A stretch of DNA of 64,000 nt from Salinivirgaceae bacterium (GTDB taxonomy: Bacteria; Bacteroidota; Bacteroidia; Bacteroidales; SZUA-534), in assembly GCA_027858735.1 (NCBI GenBank), contig JAQICC010000146.1, positions 505-64,504 on the forward strand. The letters run 5' to 3'. This document shows, in pieces, positions 50,443-60,566 of the stretch. The stretch's first letter is position 1. Each line of letters begins with the position of its first letter. The notes below the pieces were generated by a model, which saw only the letters and a program-made list of their open reading frames with translations, did not search any database and was not told where the DNA came from. Both the position numbers and the translations under genes were made by a program.

Positions 50443-50742
50443 TCAAAATATTTCTTCGAGTATATTCTTAAATTTTTGATAATTCTTTTTGTTTAAGGAA
50501 TAGATTATTTTCGGCCTAACCTCCATTGCATCAATCAAATGTACGGCCTTTAATTCCTTTAAATGTTGCGAAACTGTTGATTGTGCCAAAGGCATAGATT
50601 CTACTATTGCATTACACGTAAGTGATTTTTCCGATAAAAGTTTCATAATAGCAACTCTCGCTGGATGTCCCATCGCTTTTGCTTGCTTTGAAACTTCAAT
50701 CTGATCTGTTGTATAATTGTCAATGGAAGTTGTAATTCCCAC
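50443..50742 (-). CDS. ArsR/SmtB family transcriptional regulator
   Basis: 99 aa winged HTH: AKAMGHPARVAIMKLLSEKSLTCNAIVESMPLAQSTVSQHLKELK. Confidence 0.88.
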   Translation of the reverse strand: MGITTSIDNYTTDQIEVSKQAKAMGHPARVAIMKLLSEKSLTCNAIVESMPLAQSTVSQHLKELKAVHLIDAMEVRPKIIYSLNKKNYQKFKNILEEIF

Positions 50743-50883
50743 AGTTTAGCATTTAAATTCATTGTAATGTTACGATAAACTTTACACAAAAAACTTAGCA
50801 ATGTATAATTGGTATACTTGCCTTGACATATGGATAGAATGGCGATATATTCGGTAAATGTTTACCTCAAACGAAATGGTTTT

Positions 50884-51642
50884 CTATTTTTTATGCTGAA
50901 CTAAAGTAGACATGAGTTCCATAAACTGGTTCTTTTTTCTGCGCGAAAGAAAAGCTATTGAACCATCGTCCATAACAATTTCATTACCCATTCGGGTTAC
51001 TTTTTTTACATGCTGCAGATTTATTAGATGTGATTGATGAGGACGGTAAAAAGGATGATCCTCTAACAAGCTTTCAAATTCACCCAAGTTCTTTGACACC
51101 ACCAACTCTGTTTGATCAATGAATTTCAAGGTGGAATAACTGCCCTCCGCCTCAATTTGTATTATATCAGTAATTTTAACAAATTCAATACTTTCTGATG
51201 TTGATAAAGCAATTTTTTCAGGCTTTTTCCCATTAATATTTTCAAGCAGCACATCAATTTTATCCTCAACTTGTGGAGAATGCAAAACATTTTCGCTGTA
51301 CTTTCCAACAGCATTTAAAAAATCAGTAATATCAATGGGTTTCAAAATATAATCAATAGCCGAATATTTGAATGCTTTTATGGCATATTGATTATACGCT
51401 GTTATAAAAATAACACTAAAATTTCTATTTGGAATTCTTTCTAGCACATCAAACCCGTTACCATCAGGCATTTCAATGTCTAAGAATACAATATCGGGAT
51501 TCGAACTATTAATAACACATTCTGCATCGGCAACCGATTGAGCAGTACCAACAATAGTAATATTCGAGAAATTTTCGTTTAACAACAATTTGACCGATTC
51601 AATAGCATCAAGCTCGTCATCAACAATAACTGCTTTTATCAT
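50884..51642 (-). CDS. LytR/AlgR family response regulator (REC + LytTR)
   Basis: Receiver motifs MIKAVIVDDE, FLDIEMPDGNG and FITAY. C-terminal LytTR domain (FYRPHQSHLINLQHV). ATG at 51642 preferred. Confidence 0.9.
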   Translation of the reverse strand: MIKAVIVDDELDAIESVKLLLNENFSNITIVGTAQSVADAECVINSSNPDIVFLDIEMPDGNGFDVLERIPNRNFSVIFITAYNQYAIKAFKYSAIDYILKPIDITDFLNAVGKYSENVLHSPQVEDKIDVLLENINGKKPEKIALSTSESIEFVKITDIIQIEAEGSYSTLKFIDQTELVVSKNLGEFESLLEDHPFYRPHQSHLINLQHVKKVTRMGNEIVMDDGSIAFLSRRKKNQFMELMSTLVQHKK

Positions 51643-51756
51643 AAGTAACCCTTTTAACACCCAATTGTATATCAAACATAATTGTTTAGCAACAAAAAAG
51701 CAAATTCTAACGGATGATTGTACGTTTACTTCATAAGAAAAAATATTTTACTGCTG

Positions 51757-52431
51757 TTAACCGTTATAACCTTCTACTACTAAGACAATTTCGCCCTTAA
51801 TATTTTTACTCGAAAAATGTTTTATTGCTTCGGTAAAGGTTCCCCTAAAATTTTCTTCATGCAGTTTTGATAATTCGCGGGCTACGCATACTCTACGGTT
51901 CTCATTAAAAAATTCAAGCAATTGACTTAGTGTTTTCAATAATCGGTGAGGCGATTCATAAAGCACGAGGGTTTTGGGTTCTTCTTTCAATGCATCAATG
52001 CGCTTTTGTCGCCCTTTCTTTTGGGGTAGAAATCCTTCAAAAATAAATCTGTCGTTTGGTAATCCTGAATTTACAATAGCTGGAATAAGAGCTGTTGCTC
52101 CTGGTAAACATTCCACTTCAATATCATTATCAATACAGTTCTTAATTAGCAAATAACCGGGGTCTGAAATTCCAGGTGTACCGGCATCGCTAATAAGTGC
52201 AACTGTTTGGCTATTACGAATCCGATCAATTAAGCCCTCAACCTGCTTGTGTTCATTAAATTTATGATACGCTTGAAGTTTATTCTGAATTTCAAAATGC
52301 TTTAAAAGGTGCCCTGATGTACGGGTATCCTCTGCCAAAATAAAATCCACTTCTTTAAGAATTCTAATGGCTCTGAAAGTCATATCTTCAAGATTACCAA
52401 TTGGGGTTGGTACTACAAATAGTTTGGCCAT
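51757..52431 (-). CDS. rsmI: 16S rRNA (cytidine1402-2'-O)-methyltransferase RsmI
   Basis: LFVVPTPIGNLEDMTFRAIRILKEVDFILAEDTR and SDAGTPGISDPG motifs. Confidence 0.92.
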   Translation of the reverse strand: MAKLFVVPTPIGNLEDMTFRAIRILKEVDFILAEDTRTSGHLLKHFEIQNKLQAYHKFNEHKQVEGLIDRIRNSQTVALISDAGTPGISDPGYLLIKNCIDNDIEVECLPGATALIPAIVNSGLPNDRFIFEGFLPQKKGRQKRIDALKEEPKTLVLYESPHRLLKTLSQLLEFFNENRRVCVARELSKLHEENFRGTFTEAIKHFSSKNIKGEIVLVVEGYNG

Positions 52432-52437
52432 TTTTAT

Positions 52438-53391
52438 CTATTTTGTTGCGAATCGTCTAAATACCAATTCTAAAAAACTAATCGTGCTTTTTCTTTCCTG
52501 ATCCCATTTATAATTAGTAAAAAGATATTCAAGTGCTGCATCAAGATTCTCGGATTCATTTACTTCATTTACAGCTTTCTCAAAAGTACAGCTGTTTTTT
52601 CCAAATAATTCGTCTATATACCAAATACGATCGTTTAGTTTTATTGCTTTTTTAAGATCGACAATGGGGCTGTCTTTTAGAAGTGATGCTAAATCCTTAT
52701 TCCTTTTTACACCGGCTAGCATATCATTAATAGAAAGGGAGTCTTTTGAAAATTTATCGGCCAAAATACCTTCTTTTGGTTTATCATCCGTAAGTTTTGA
52801 GCCTAACTCCGCTTGTTCTGGAAAAGTCTCAATTACTGCTTCTTCTATAATTTTTTCAGGAACTTCTTCCTTAACTAATTCAATATGCTCTACCTCTGAT
52901 TCCTGATTCTCTTTTGCAATAAAAATAGGCTCCTCAGCCTCCTCCTCTATAATTTCACCAGCAACTTTCTCTGATACCTCAAGCAATTCTTCTGATATAC
53001 TATTTTTAACAGGCTCTTTCTTCTCAATATTAGAAGGTTTTTCTTCAGCAATTACAGGCTCAACCTGTTCAACTTTTTTAGGCTCTACTATTTCTATAGA
53101 ATCCACAGGTAAATTGGCAACCTCAGGTTCCGTCTCTGGTATAATCGAACTTATAGAATCAAGGTTAACAACTTCAGTTGATTTAATTGATTTTTCATTT
53201 TCTAAATGCCGTTGCAATTCTTCTTCGTTATCTTTCAAAAGAAGCAATTCATTCTGAATATCTTTAACTTTTGACAACGCTAAATCAACTTCCATCGAAT
53301 GAATAGCTTCACTATCATTGAACCCTTCAACAAAATCGGCTAGTATGGCCAACTCCTTTTTAATAATTTTTACAAGACTACCTTTATTCAT
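52438..53391 (-). CDS. Hypothetical protein with long acidic Glu/Pro/Val/Lys-rich disordered linker
   Basis: 317 aa. N-terminal helical about 70 aa, central E/P/V/K low-complexity region (EPEVANLPVDSIEIVEPKKVEQVEPVIAEEKP...), and a C-terminal about 100-aa globular part. Stop is 6 nt from the rsmI start. Confidence 0.6.
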   Translation of the reverse strand: MNKGSLVKIIKKELAILADFVEGFNDSEAIHSMEVDLALSKVKDIQNELLLLKDNEEELQRHLENEKSIKSTEVVNLDSISSIIPETEPEVANLPVDSIEIVEPKKVEQVEPVIAEEKPSNIEKKEPVKNSISEELLEVSEKVAGEIIEEEAEEPIFIAKENQESEVEHIELVKEEVPEKIIEEAVIETFPEQAELGSKLTDDKPKEGILADKFSKDSLSINDMLAGVKRNKDLASLLKDSPIVDLKKAIKLNDRIWYIDELFGKNSCTFEKAVNEVNESENLDAALEYLFTNYKWDQERKSTISFLELVFRRFATK

Positions 53392-53530
53392 ATTGTAATA
53401 TTAATTTACGATGCAAAAGTAATGATTGTGTTTAAAACGTTCATCATGAATGGTTCATTATATCTTTTATGAAATAATTTTAGGAACAAATGATTTTTAA
53501 TTAATTTGCATCAATTTTAGCTTTAGCAAT

Positions 53531-54109
53531 ATGTTTCTTGAAAAGAATAATAAATTAGCAAAAAAAGGATGGATTGAAATCGTATGCGGATCGATGTTTA
53601 GCGGCAAAACCGAAGAGCTTATTCGCCGAATGAAGCGAGCGCAAATTGCTAAGCAAAAAATTGAAATTTTTAAACCGAAAATCGATACCCGGTATTCAGA
53701 AGAAGAAGTGGTATCGCATGACGAAAATGCCATTTTATCAACTCCAGTTGATAGTCCTCACAATATACTTTTACTGGCAAATGATGTTGAAGTTGTAGGC
53801 ATTGATGAAGCTCAATTTTTTGATGACGGCTTAGTTGAAGTATGCAATGCCTTAGCCAATAGAGGCATTAGAGTAATTGTTGCTGGATTAGATATGGACT
53901 TTCAGGGGAAACCTTTCGGCCCAATTCCGAAATTACTTGCCACAGCAGAATATGTTACGAAAGTACATGCTATATGTGTAAAATGCGGCGATTTAGCTCA
54001 CTATTCGCACCGCCTAAGCAGTACCGAAAAACTTGTTTTGCTTGGCGAAACTGATATTTATGAACCCTTATGTCGGGGTTGTTATACGAAGGAGATAACA
54101 GCAAGCTAA
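53531..54109 (+). CDS. tdk: Thymidine kinase
   Basis: P-loop [18 protein letters not shown], and zinc-ribbon cysteines (CVKCG ... CRGCY). Confidence 0.93.
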   Translation: MFLEKNNKLAKKGWIEIVCGSMFSGKTEELIRRMKRAQIAKQKIEIFKPKIDTRYSEEEVVSHDENAILSTPVDSPHNILLLANDVEVVGIDEAQFFDDGLVEVCNALANRGIRVIVAGLDMDFQGKPFGPIPKLLATAEYVTKVHAICVKCGDLAHYSHRLSSTEKLVLLGETDIYEPLCRGCYTKEITAS

Positions 54110-55236
54110 TACAAACGAGTAACTTCAATATCCACACCTCTTTCTTTAAGGTAATTAATTATTCTAGGAAAAAAACCTTCGGTTCCAGCAATTTCTTCTG
54201 GCGGAATTATACCTGGTTTATGAAATGAACCATCAAGTAAGATTTCAGCAACAGCAGTACAAGAATATCCTGTAGTTCGCGACATGGAATGTATACCCGA
54301 TTTTTTATCAAACTTATCGTACAAATAATACTCATATCCTACATTTTCATTGTCTATCTTTCCAAGCACCTTCGATTTTAAAATAGTAAAATCTTCTTGA
54401 CCCTTTAGCAATTCCCACTGGGGCATAAGCAATTTGCTTGTTAGGTCAATCGGCCGTATTTTTACATCTCCTATTTTTACTTCTTGCTCTGAGAAAAATC
54501 CACCATGCCTTAATACCCTTATATATTCCATCGATCCTGGGTATCGAAGTGTTTTCTCAACCATATTTGGCACTTCCATTGATTTTAATAAGGTCCTCAA
54601 TCCATCCGTATTCCAGGCTTCAAGGGTGCCTATGCCTTTAAAATTTATTAGCTCAGAGCCACTTAAAGCTTGTTTGGCTACATGCTTACCGTGTTCAACA
54701 AAACGTGCAGGACGGGTGTACTCCTCAATAACATCGGTAGGTGAAAATACAGCCTTATATTCCCATGGCCATTCCCGTTCAATAGGTAATCCTCCAACAA
54801 CACATTCGTAAGTGTCAACCTGCATATTCGGATAATGATAACCAAGAATCATATTACTTATACCTGGCGCTATTCCACAATCAATGGCAATGCAGACGTT
54901 TTTATATGCTGCACGCTCATCTAACTCAAAAGAATCTTCCTGAAAAAAAGAGATGTCAACCATGTTCTTACCTGCCTCTATTACTCTTTTTATAACTTCG
55001 TAGCCAATACTTCCTGGAACTGCTCCAATTACCAAATCGGCATCTTCTATAATTTTCTCAAGTTTTTTACGGTCTCTTACGTCAGCTTGTTCAACAGTAA
55101 TACCAAAACACCTTTTAAGTTTTGAAATGGCTTTTGAGTCAATATCAACAACGCATACATTATATTGCTTACTTAGTTCAATGGCAATAGTACTACCAAC
55201 TAATCCGCCACCTAAAACCACTACTTTTTTACTCAT
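54106..55236 (-). CDS. Saccharopine dehydrogenase family oxidoreductase
   Basis: Rossmann start [18 protein letters not shown] (ATG at 55236) and a saccharopine-dehydrogenase-like C-terminal domain. Substrate not assignable from sequence. Confidence 0.75.
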   Translation of the reverse strand: MSKKVVVLGGGLVGSTIAIELSKQYNVCVVDIDSKAISKLKRCFGITVEQADVRDRKKLEKIIEDADLVIGAVPGSIGYEVIKRVIEAGKNMVDISFFQEDSFELDERAAYKNVCIAIDCGIAPGISNMILGYHYPNMQVDTYECVVGGLPIEREWPWEYKAVFSPTDVIEEYTRPARFVEHGKHVAKQALSGSELINFKGIGTLEAWNTDGLRTLLKSMEVPNMVEKTLRYPGSMEYIRVLRHGGFFSEQEVKIGDVKIRPIDLTSKLLMPQWELLKGQEDFTILKSKVLGKIDNENVGYEYYLYDKFDKKSGIHSMSRTTGYSCTAVAEILLDGSFHKPGIIPPEEIAGTEGFFPRIINYLKERGVDIEVTRLY

Positions 55237-55403
55237 AATTATGCCTTTTGGTTCAGTAACCAAATTACGAAATTCGATCGACAATATCAATTATCATTCT
55301 AAATTGCATTTCGTTTTTTGATACTACCTAATAATTTATATTTTTGTGCGGTTAGTATTTCTGACAACTTAAATAAACCATAAATTACCTTACATTCTAA
55401 CCT

Positions 55404-57416
55404 ATGAAATACAATCGCCTTATTTGCGCCATATTGGCACTGTTCATTTTTTCAAACTTACTGGCCGAAAAAGCGCCTATTAAGTATGGTAAAATCTCCA
55501 ATGAAGAAATTGAAATGACGGTTTACCATAAAGATAGTTCGGCTGTTGCTGTTATTTTATGCGATTACAAAACTGTAAATATTAAATACCGTCAAAATCA
55601 AGGATTCATACAGGATATTAGTCGAAACCTTAGAATTAAAATTCTGAAAAAAGAAGGTTATGATTGGGCTAAACTTGAAATTGATCTTCGCAAAAATTAT
55701 GACAACCTTGGTGTAGTAAAAGCGTGCACCTATAATTTAGTAAATGGTAAAATTGAGAAAACCAAACTTAGAAGATCTCAAATGTTTAATGAAGATATAA
55801 ATAAATATTGGGAAACCACAAAATTTGAAATGCCAGCTGTGCAAAAGGGATCCTTAATTGATATTGAGTATTCAATACAATCAAAATCATTTTGGATTCA
55901 TGATAGATATTTTCAAACGGAGATACCAATAAAACTTAGCGAGTATCACGTATATATACCTGAATATTTTTATTACAAACAATTAGAGAAAGGTTACCTT
56001 CTTATTTCTGATAAAAAAACCGAAACAAAACGAACTTCTATAAATTTTACAGAAAAGTCCAGATCCGTAGGAAAAGTAACTCAAACTAATTTCTCCAGTT
56101 ATAATGTTGATTACGATGAATCACAGTACACCTTCATATTAAGAGATGTACCGGCCTTTAAAACTGAAGACTATATTACAACTAAGAAGAATTACCTAAC
56201 ATGTGTTCAATTTGAACTTAGTAGCATAAGATATCCTCGCCATGCTTTTCAAAATTTCACCAATACCTGGCCTACCATTGGTGAAAAATTAATGTTAGAC
56301 TCTGATTTTGGTGGTAGAATTAAGGGTGGTGGAATTATTCGTGAGGAAATAAAAACTCTTACATCGTTAAACTTAACCGATGAGCAGAAAATAGCAAGTA
56401 CAGTAAATCTGATAAGAAATAAAATATCATGGAATGGCTTCAAGGGTATTTATTCATATAGCGGGAATAAAGCCTGGAAAGAAAGTGAAGGCAGTTGCGC
56501 CGATATAAATTTATTACTTACTGCAGCGTTAAAAGATTTGGGGCTGGATGCAAAGCCTGTAATTTTAAGCACGCGTAACCATGGATTAATTCATCCAGCA
56601 CAAATTATACTCGATCAATATAATTACGTTATTTCATCGGTTAAGTTGGGTGATAAAATTATTTTACTAGATGCCACTGATAAAAATACCGACATTGGCG
56701 TTTTACCTAAACGCTGTTTAAATGGTAAGGGCCGAATTATTGATGAAAAGGGGGGTAATTGGACAAGCTTACAACCTACTCAACAATTTCAAAAATCATA
56801 TAGAACCCAATTCGAGTTTGCTGATAATGGTGTTATAAAAGGTAAAATAATTGAAACTCACAAAGGGTATGCTGCAATTTCAAAACGTAGGGCACTTCTT
56901 AATTACAATTCCGATGAAGAGTATATAGAAAAATACCAAGAGAATCTAGCTTTTGACATTACTTTAGATTCCATAACAAATAAGAAAGACATTAAAAAAC
57001 CAATAACTTTAACTTACACTTTTGAAAGTGAAAATGGTTTTGAAAATATGGGAGATATACTTCTTATTGACCCCATGATTCTTGCAAAAAATACCGAAAA
57101 CCCTTTTAAACTTGAAAAAAGAGACTATCCAGTTGACTTTAGTTATCCATATAACACAGTTTACATGGCAAGCATAACAATACCTGCTGGGTATACCGTG
57201 GATAACTTGCCTAAACCAAAACGTATAGCAATGCCAAATAATAATGCATCTTTCTTTTACTCTATTCAGAATTCTGGGAATAGCATTATTGTAGTCTCAA
57301 AGTTCAATATTTCAAAAATTACATTTCTGCCTGAGGAATATCTTAGTTTAAAGGAGTTTTATAATCAAATGATAGAGACTCAAAGTGAAAAGATTGTATT
57401 GAAAAAAACATCATAA
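55404..57416 (+). CDS. DUF3857 / transglutaminase-like / DUF3858 secreted protein
   Basis: Signal peptide, 670 aa, with a central Cys-containing transglutaminase-like core (EGSCADINLLLTAALKDLG). Paralog of the next gene. Confidence 0.7.
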   Translation: MKYNRLICAILALFIFSNLLAEKAPIKYGKISNEEIEMTVYHKDSSAVAVILCDYKTVNIKYRQNQGFIQDISRNLRIKILKKEGYDWAKLEIDLRKNYDNLGVVKACTYNLVNGKIEKTKLRRSQMFNEDINKYWETTKFEMPAVQKGSLIDIEYSIQSKSFWIHDRYFQTEIPIKLSEYHVYIPEYFYYKQLEKGYLLISDKKTETKRTSINFTEKSRSVGKVTQTNFSSYNVDYDESQYTFILRDVPAFKTEDYITTKKNYLTCVQFELSSIRYPRHAFQNFTNTWPTIGEKLMLDSDFGGRIKGGGIIREEIKTLTSLNLTDEQKIASTVNLIRNKISWNGFKGIYSYSGNKAWKESEGSCADINLLLTAALKDLGLDAKPVILSTRNHGLIHPAQIILDQYNYVISSVKLGDKIILLDATDKNTDIGVLPKRCLNGKGRIIDEKGGNWTSLQPTQQFQKSYRTQFEFADNGVIKGKIIETHKGYAAISKRRALLNYNSDEEYIEKYQENLAFDITLDSITNKKDIKKPITLTYTFESENGFENMGDILLIDPMILAKNTENPFKLEKRDYPVDFSYPYNTVYMASITIPAGYTVDNLPKPKRIAMPNNNASFFYSIQNSGNSIIVVSKFNISKITFLPEEYLSLKEFYNQMIETQSEKIVLKKTS

Positions 57417-57473
57417 AAAAACATCAATAACCTATGTTTAAAGCTGTGAATACACAATATATACAAATTCTGA

Positions 57474-59372
57474 ATGAAAAAAATACTTTACATATTAGTT
57501 AGCTTTCTATCTATTTCAGCATTTGCAAAAGAACTTAAGTACCCAATTAAAGAAATTCCCGAAATACTTAAAGAAAACGCCGATGCAATAATTAGAAATT
57601 ATTCAATTACAACCAAGGTTCGTGGAAAGGATCATTCAACTTCGGAAGTTATTTTTGCCATTACTATCTTTAACAAAAAAGCCCAAAAACTTGGCGGTTT
57701 TTTTAAGGCGTACGACAAAACATCTTCCATTGCAAATTATTCATTAATTGTTTACAATAGTAATGGAGAAGTAATCAAAAAATCTAAAAATAAAGATTTC
57801 ATTGATGTAAGTGCATATGATGGTTTTTCACTTTATTCAGATAACCGTCTATTAATAAACCGGAATAATAATGATAAATTTCCGTACACCATAGAATATC
57901 GATATAATCAGAAAGATAATCAAACATTATATATACCCCCTTTTTTTCCTGTTACACAGTTCAATATTTCGGTTGAACATGCGCAGTTCAATCTGGAATT
58001 AACAGAAACAAATCAAGTAAGAATAAAAACTAAAAACATTCCAGATTATACCGACACCACCTTTACCAGCAGCAAACTAGTTTACACATGGGAATTAAAT
58101 AATTTCAATGCGATTGAAGATGAAAAATACATGCCTAATTCCACTGAAATACTACCTTTTATTTATGTTGCACCGAACGATTTTCATTATGAAGGATACA
58201 GCGGAAATATGTCATCGTGGAAGAATTTTGGAGCATGGAGTTGGAATTTAATTAAAGATAGAGACGAACTCAACGAAAACACAATAAATGAAATTCGCAC
58301 CTTAACAAGTAAGGCAAATTCTGATGAAGAGAAAATAAAAATTGCTTATAAATTTTTACAAGAAAATACCAGATACGTTAGTATTCAGCTAGGTATAGGT
58401 GGGTTTCAACCTTTTGATCCTAATAAGGTTGATGAAACCAACTATGGTGATTGCAAGGCTTTAACAAACTATATGAGAACCCTTTTAAAAGCAATTAATA
58501 TTGAATCAAACTATGTAATTATTCGGGCAGGTAAAAATAGCGAATATATTGATACTGATTTTGTTGCCCAACAAATGAATCATGTTATTCTAAATATACC
58601 GAATAAGCGTGATACTATTTGGCTAGAATGCACAAACCAAAGACAACCATTTGGCTTTTTAGGTTCGTTTACTAACGACAGAATGGGATTGGAAATAACA
58701 GAACAAGGAGGAATAATGGTAAATACACCAATCTATCCAACCAATCTGAACTCACAATTCCGCACATTTAATTGTATAATAAATGAAGATTGTGAACTTC
58801 AGGGTAACTTTGTAACATCCTACTCAGGGTTGCAGTATGAGAATGTTAACCAATATCTTTACCTTGATAAAGATGAACAAAAAGAAAAACTTTATAAAAA
58901 ATTGGATATTTCTGGACTTACCATAAATAATTTTAAATTCAATCATGGTGGCGATTTCATTCCTTATGCTTCATTAGATTTAGACCTTATAATTAAAAAC
59001 TACGGTCAAAAAAACGGTAATCGTTTAATTATCCCCATAAACCCCTTAAACATCAATACATTTATTCCAAAAAAAATTAAGAAAAGAAAGTATCCTATTA
59101 AAACTAAATGGACAGGCTATGATTCAGATACAGTAGCCTTTACTATACCAAAGGGTTATAAACCGGAGTATTTACCTGATTCTGTTAATATGGTGAGCCC
59201 TTTTGGTGAATACAAAACCAAAATTTTGGTTGCTAATGACACTATAACATACATTCGGGATTTAAAACTTTTTAAAGGAGAATTTGCAGCTTCAGAATAT
59301 GAAGAATTCAGAAAATTCTTTAAACAAATTGCAAAATACGATGCTGATAAAATGGTTTTGATAAAACCATAA
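57474..59372 (+). CDS. DUF3857 / transglutaminase-like / DUF3858 secreted protein (paralog)
   Basis: Signal peptide MKKILYILVSFLSISAFA, 632 aa, transglutaminase-like core NYGDCKALTNYMRTLL ... NHVIL. Confidence 0.7.
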   Translation: MKKILYILVSFLSISAFAKELKYPIKEIPEILKENADAIIRNYSITTKVRGKDHSTSEVIFAITIFNKKAQKLGGFFKAYDKTSSIANYSLIVYNSNGEVIKKSKNKDFIDVSAYDGFSLYSDNRLLINRNNNDKFPYTIEYRYNQKDNQTLYIPPFFPVTQFNISVEHAQFNLELTETNQVRIKTKNIPDYTDTTFTSSKLVYTWELNNFNAIEDEKYMPNSTEILPFIYVAPNDFHYEGYSGNMSSWKNFGAWSWNLIKDRDELNENTINEIRTLTSKANSDEEKIKIAYKFLQENTRYVSIQLGIGGFQPFDPNKVDETNYGDCKALTNYMRTLLKAINIESNYVIIRAGKNSEYIDTDFVAQQMNHVILNIPNKRDTIWLECTNQRQPFGFLGSFTNDRMGLEITEQGGIMVNTPIYPTNLNSQFRTFNCIINEDCELQGNFVTSYSGLQYENVNQYLYLDKDEQKEKLYKKLDISGLTINNFKFNHGGDFIPYASLDLDLIIKNYGQKNGNRLIIPINPLNINTFIPKKIKKRKYPIKTKWTGYDSDTVAFTIPKGYKPEYLPDSVNMVSPFGEYKTKILVANDTITYIRDLKLFKGEFAASEYEEFRKFFKQIAKYDADKMVLIKP

Positions 59373-59392
59373 GTAACTGTTTAAATTTTATC

Positions 59393-59425
59393 CCTGTCTG
59401 CTGGACAGGCAGGCATCAGTTTTAT
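59393..59425 (+). terminator. Weak terminator-like hairpin
   Basis: Stem cctgtc (59393..59398) / gacagg (59404..59409) with a 5-nt loop. A T-rich stretch begins 8 nt downstream. Confidence 0.35.
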
Positions 59426-59574
59426 TATGTGTCTTTTTTCATATTATCGTTAATTTTTCGTCATGTAGCTACGGATTTCGAAACAAGTTCGGAACAGGTT
59501 ACGTGTCTCAAAAATGCCTCAATCTGACAAAAAATACGCTATAATAAATTCAAAAAACAAACCTTAAACAGCTA

Positions 59575-60495
59575 CTAATTCATAGCCTTGCGTTTTACCA
59601 AAAAAGGAATTAATACATTTTGGAAATCTTCATTTATATCGGCTTCAGTAAATTCAATTTTATACTGACCACACTTTAGCTTAAAATCAGAAATTAGTTG
59701 ATCAACATTTTGGGTATACTCTTTTCTAATTTCATTGGGGTTAAGCTTAAGCTCTTCGCCTGTTTCCATATCGACAAATTTAATGGGTTTGTTTGAGTAG
59801 GAAAGCTGCTGCTCAAATTTTTTGTCGGTAACATGAAAAATTATAACCTCATGCTTATTATAACGAAGGTGCTCAAGTGCTGAAAACAATTCCTCTTGAT
59901 TGCCTGAAAACAAATCGGAAAAAACTACCACTAAAGATCGCCTATGAATACTTTCTGCTATTAAATGAAGTGATTCTGCCAGATTTGTTGTCTTGTTAAA
60001 ATCAGCTTTGCTAGTATTTAAACACCTGTTTAATTCGCTAAAAAGCAACTTATTATGCGATTCGGAAATTTTTACTTGCGATTGAAAATCAATTTTGTCA
60101 GAAAATAAAGTTAGCCCAACAGCATCACGTTGTCGTCGCAATAAGTAGATAAGAGCAGCAGCTGAATACACCGAAAAACTCAGCTTATTGGTTCTACTTT
60201 TTTCACCAACCGGAAATAACATGGAAGATGATGTATCCGTAACAATCATGCATCGCAAATTCGTCTCCTCTTCGTATTTTTTTACAAAAAACTTATCGGT
60301 CCGGGCATAAAGCTTCCAATCAATATGACGGGTGCTTTCGCCAGAATTATATAACCTATGTTCTGCAAATTCAACCGAAAATCCATGATAGGGGCTACGG
60401 TGCTGTCCAGTAATAAAACCTTCAACAACCTGCTTCGATACCCACTCTAAGTTATCGAATTGTTCAAAATTGAATATTTCTTGCAATGTTTTCAT
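59575..60495 (-). CDS. DUF58 domain protein (vWA-like, usually MoxR-associated)
   Basis: GQHRSPYHGFSVEFAEHRLYNSGESTRHIDWKLYARTDKFFVKKYEEETNL is the typical DUF58 signature; 306 aa. Confidence 0.85.
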   Translation of the reverse strand: MKTLQEIFNFEQFDNLEWVSKQVVEGFITGQHRSPYHGFSVEFAEHRLYNSGESTRHIDWKLYARTDKFFVKKYEEETNLRCMIVTDTSSSMLFPVGEKSRTNKLSFSVYSAAALIYLLRRQRDAVGLTLFSDKIDFQSQVKISESHNKLLFSELNRCLNTSKADFNKTTNLAESLHLIAESIHRRSLVVVFSDLFSGNQEELFSALEHLRYNKHEVIIFHVTDKKFEQQLSYSNKPIKFVDMETGEELKLNPNEIRKEYTQNVDQLISDFKLKCGQYKIEFTEADINEDFQNVLIPFLVKRKAMN

Positions 60496-60510
60496 TGTGG
60501 TTCAAAATAA

Positions 60511-60547
60511 AACAAAAAAATCCGGTAATTATATAATTACCGGATTT
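60511..60547 (-). terminator. Rho-independent terminator of trxA
   Basis: Perfect 30-nt palindrome aaatccggtaattatataattaccggattt (60518..60547). On the minus strand it is followed by TTTTTTGTTTTATTTT. Confidence 0.85.
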
Positions 60548-60566
60548 AAATTCGAATATCGTTTTT

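Noticed and set aside
54106-54109. Overlapping stop codons (CTAA) of convergent tdk and the saccharopine dehydrogenase-like gene.
   Set aside because: The overlap is real in the sequence, but it is a common compaction feature. It is mentioned under the DUF4407/SiaC finding rather than scored separately.
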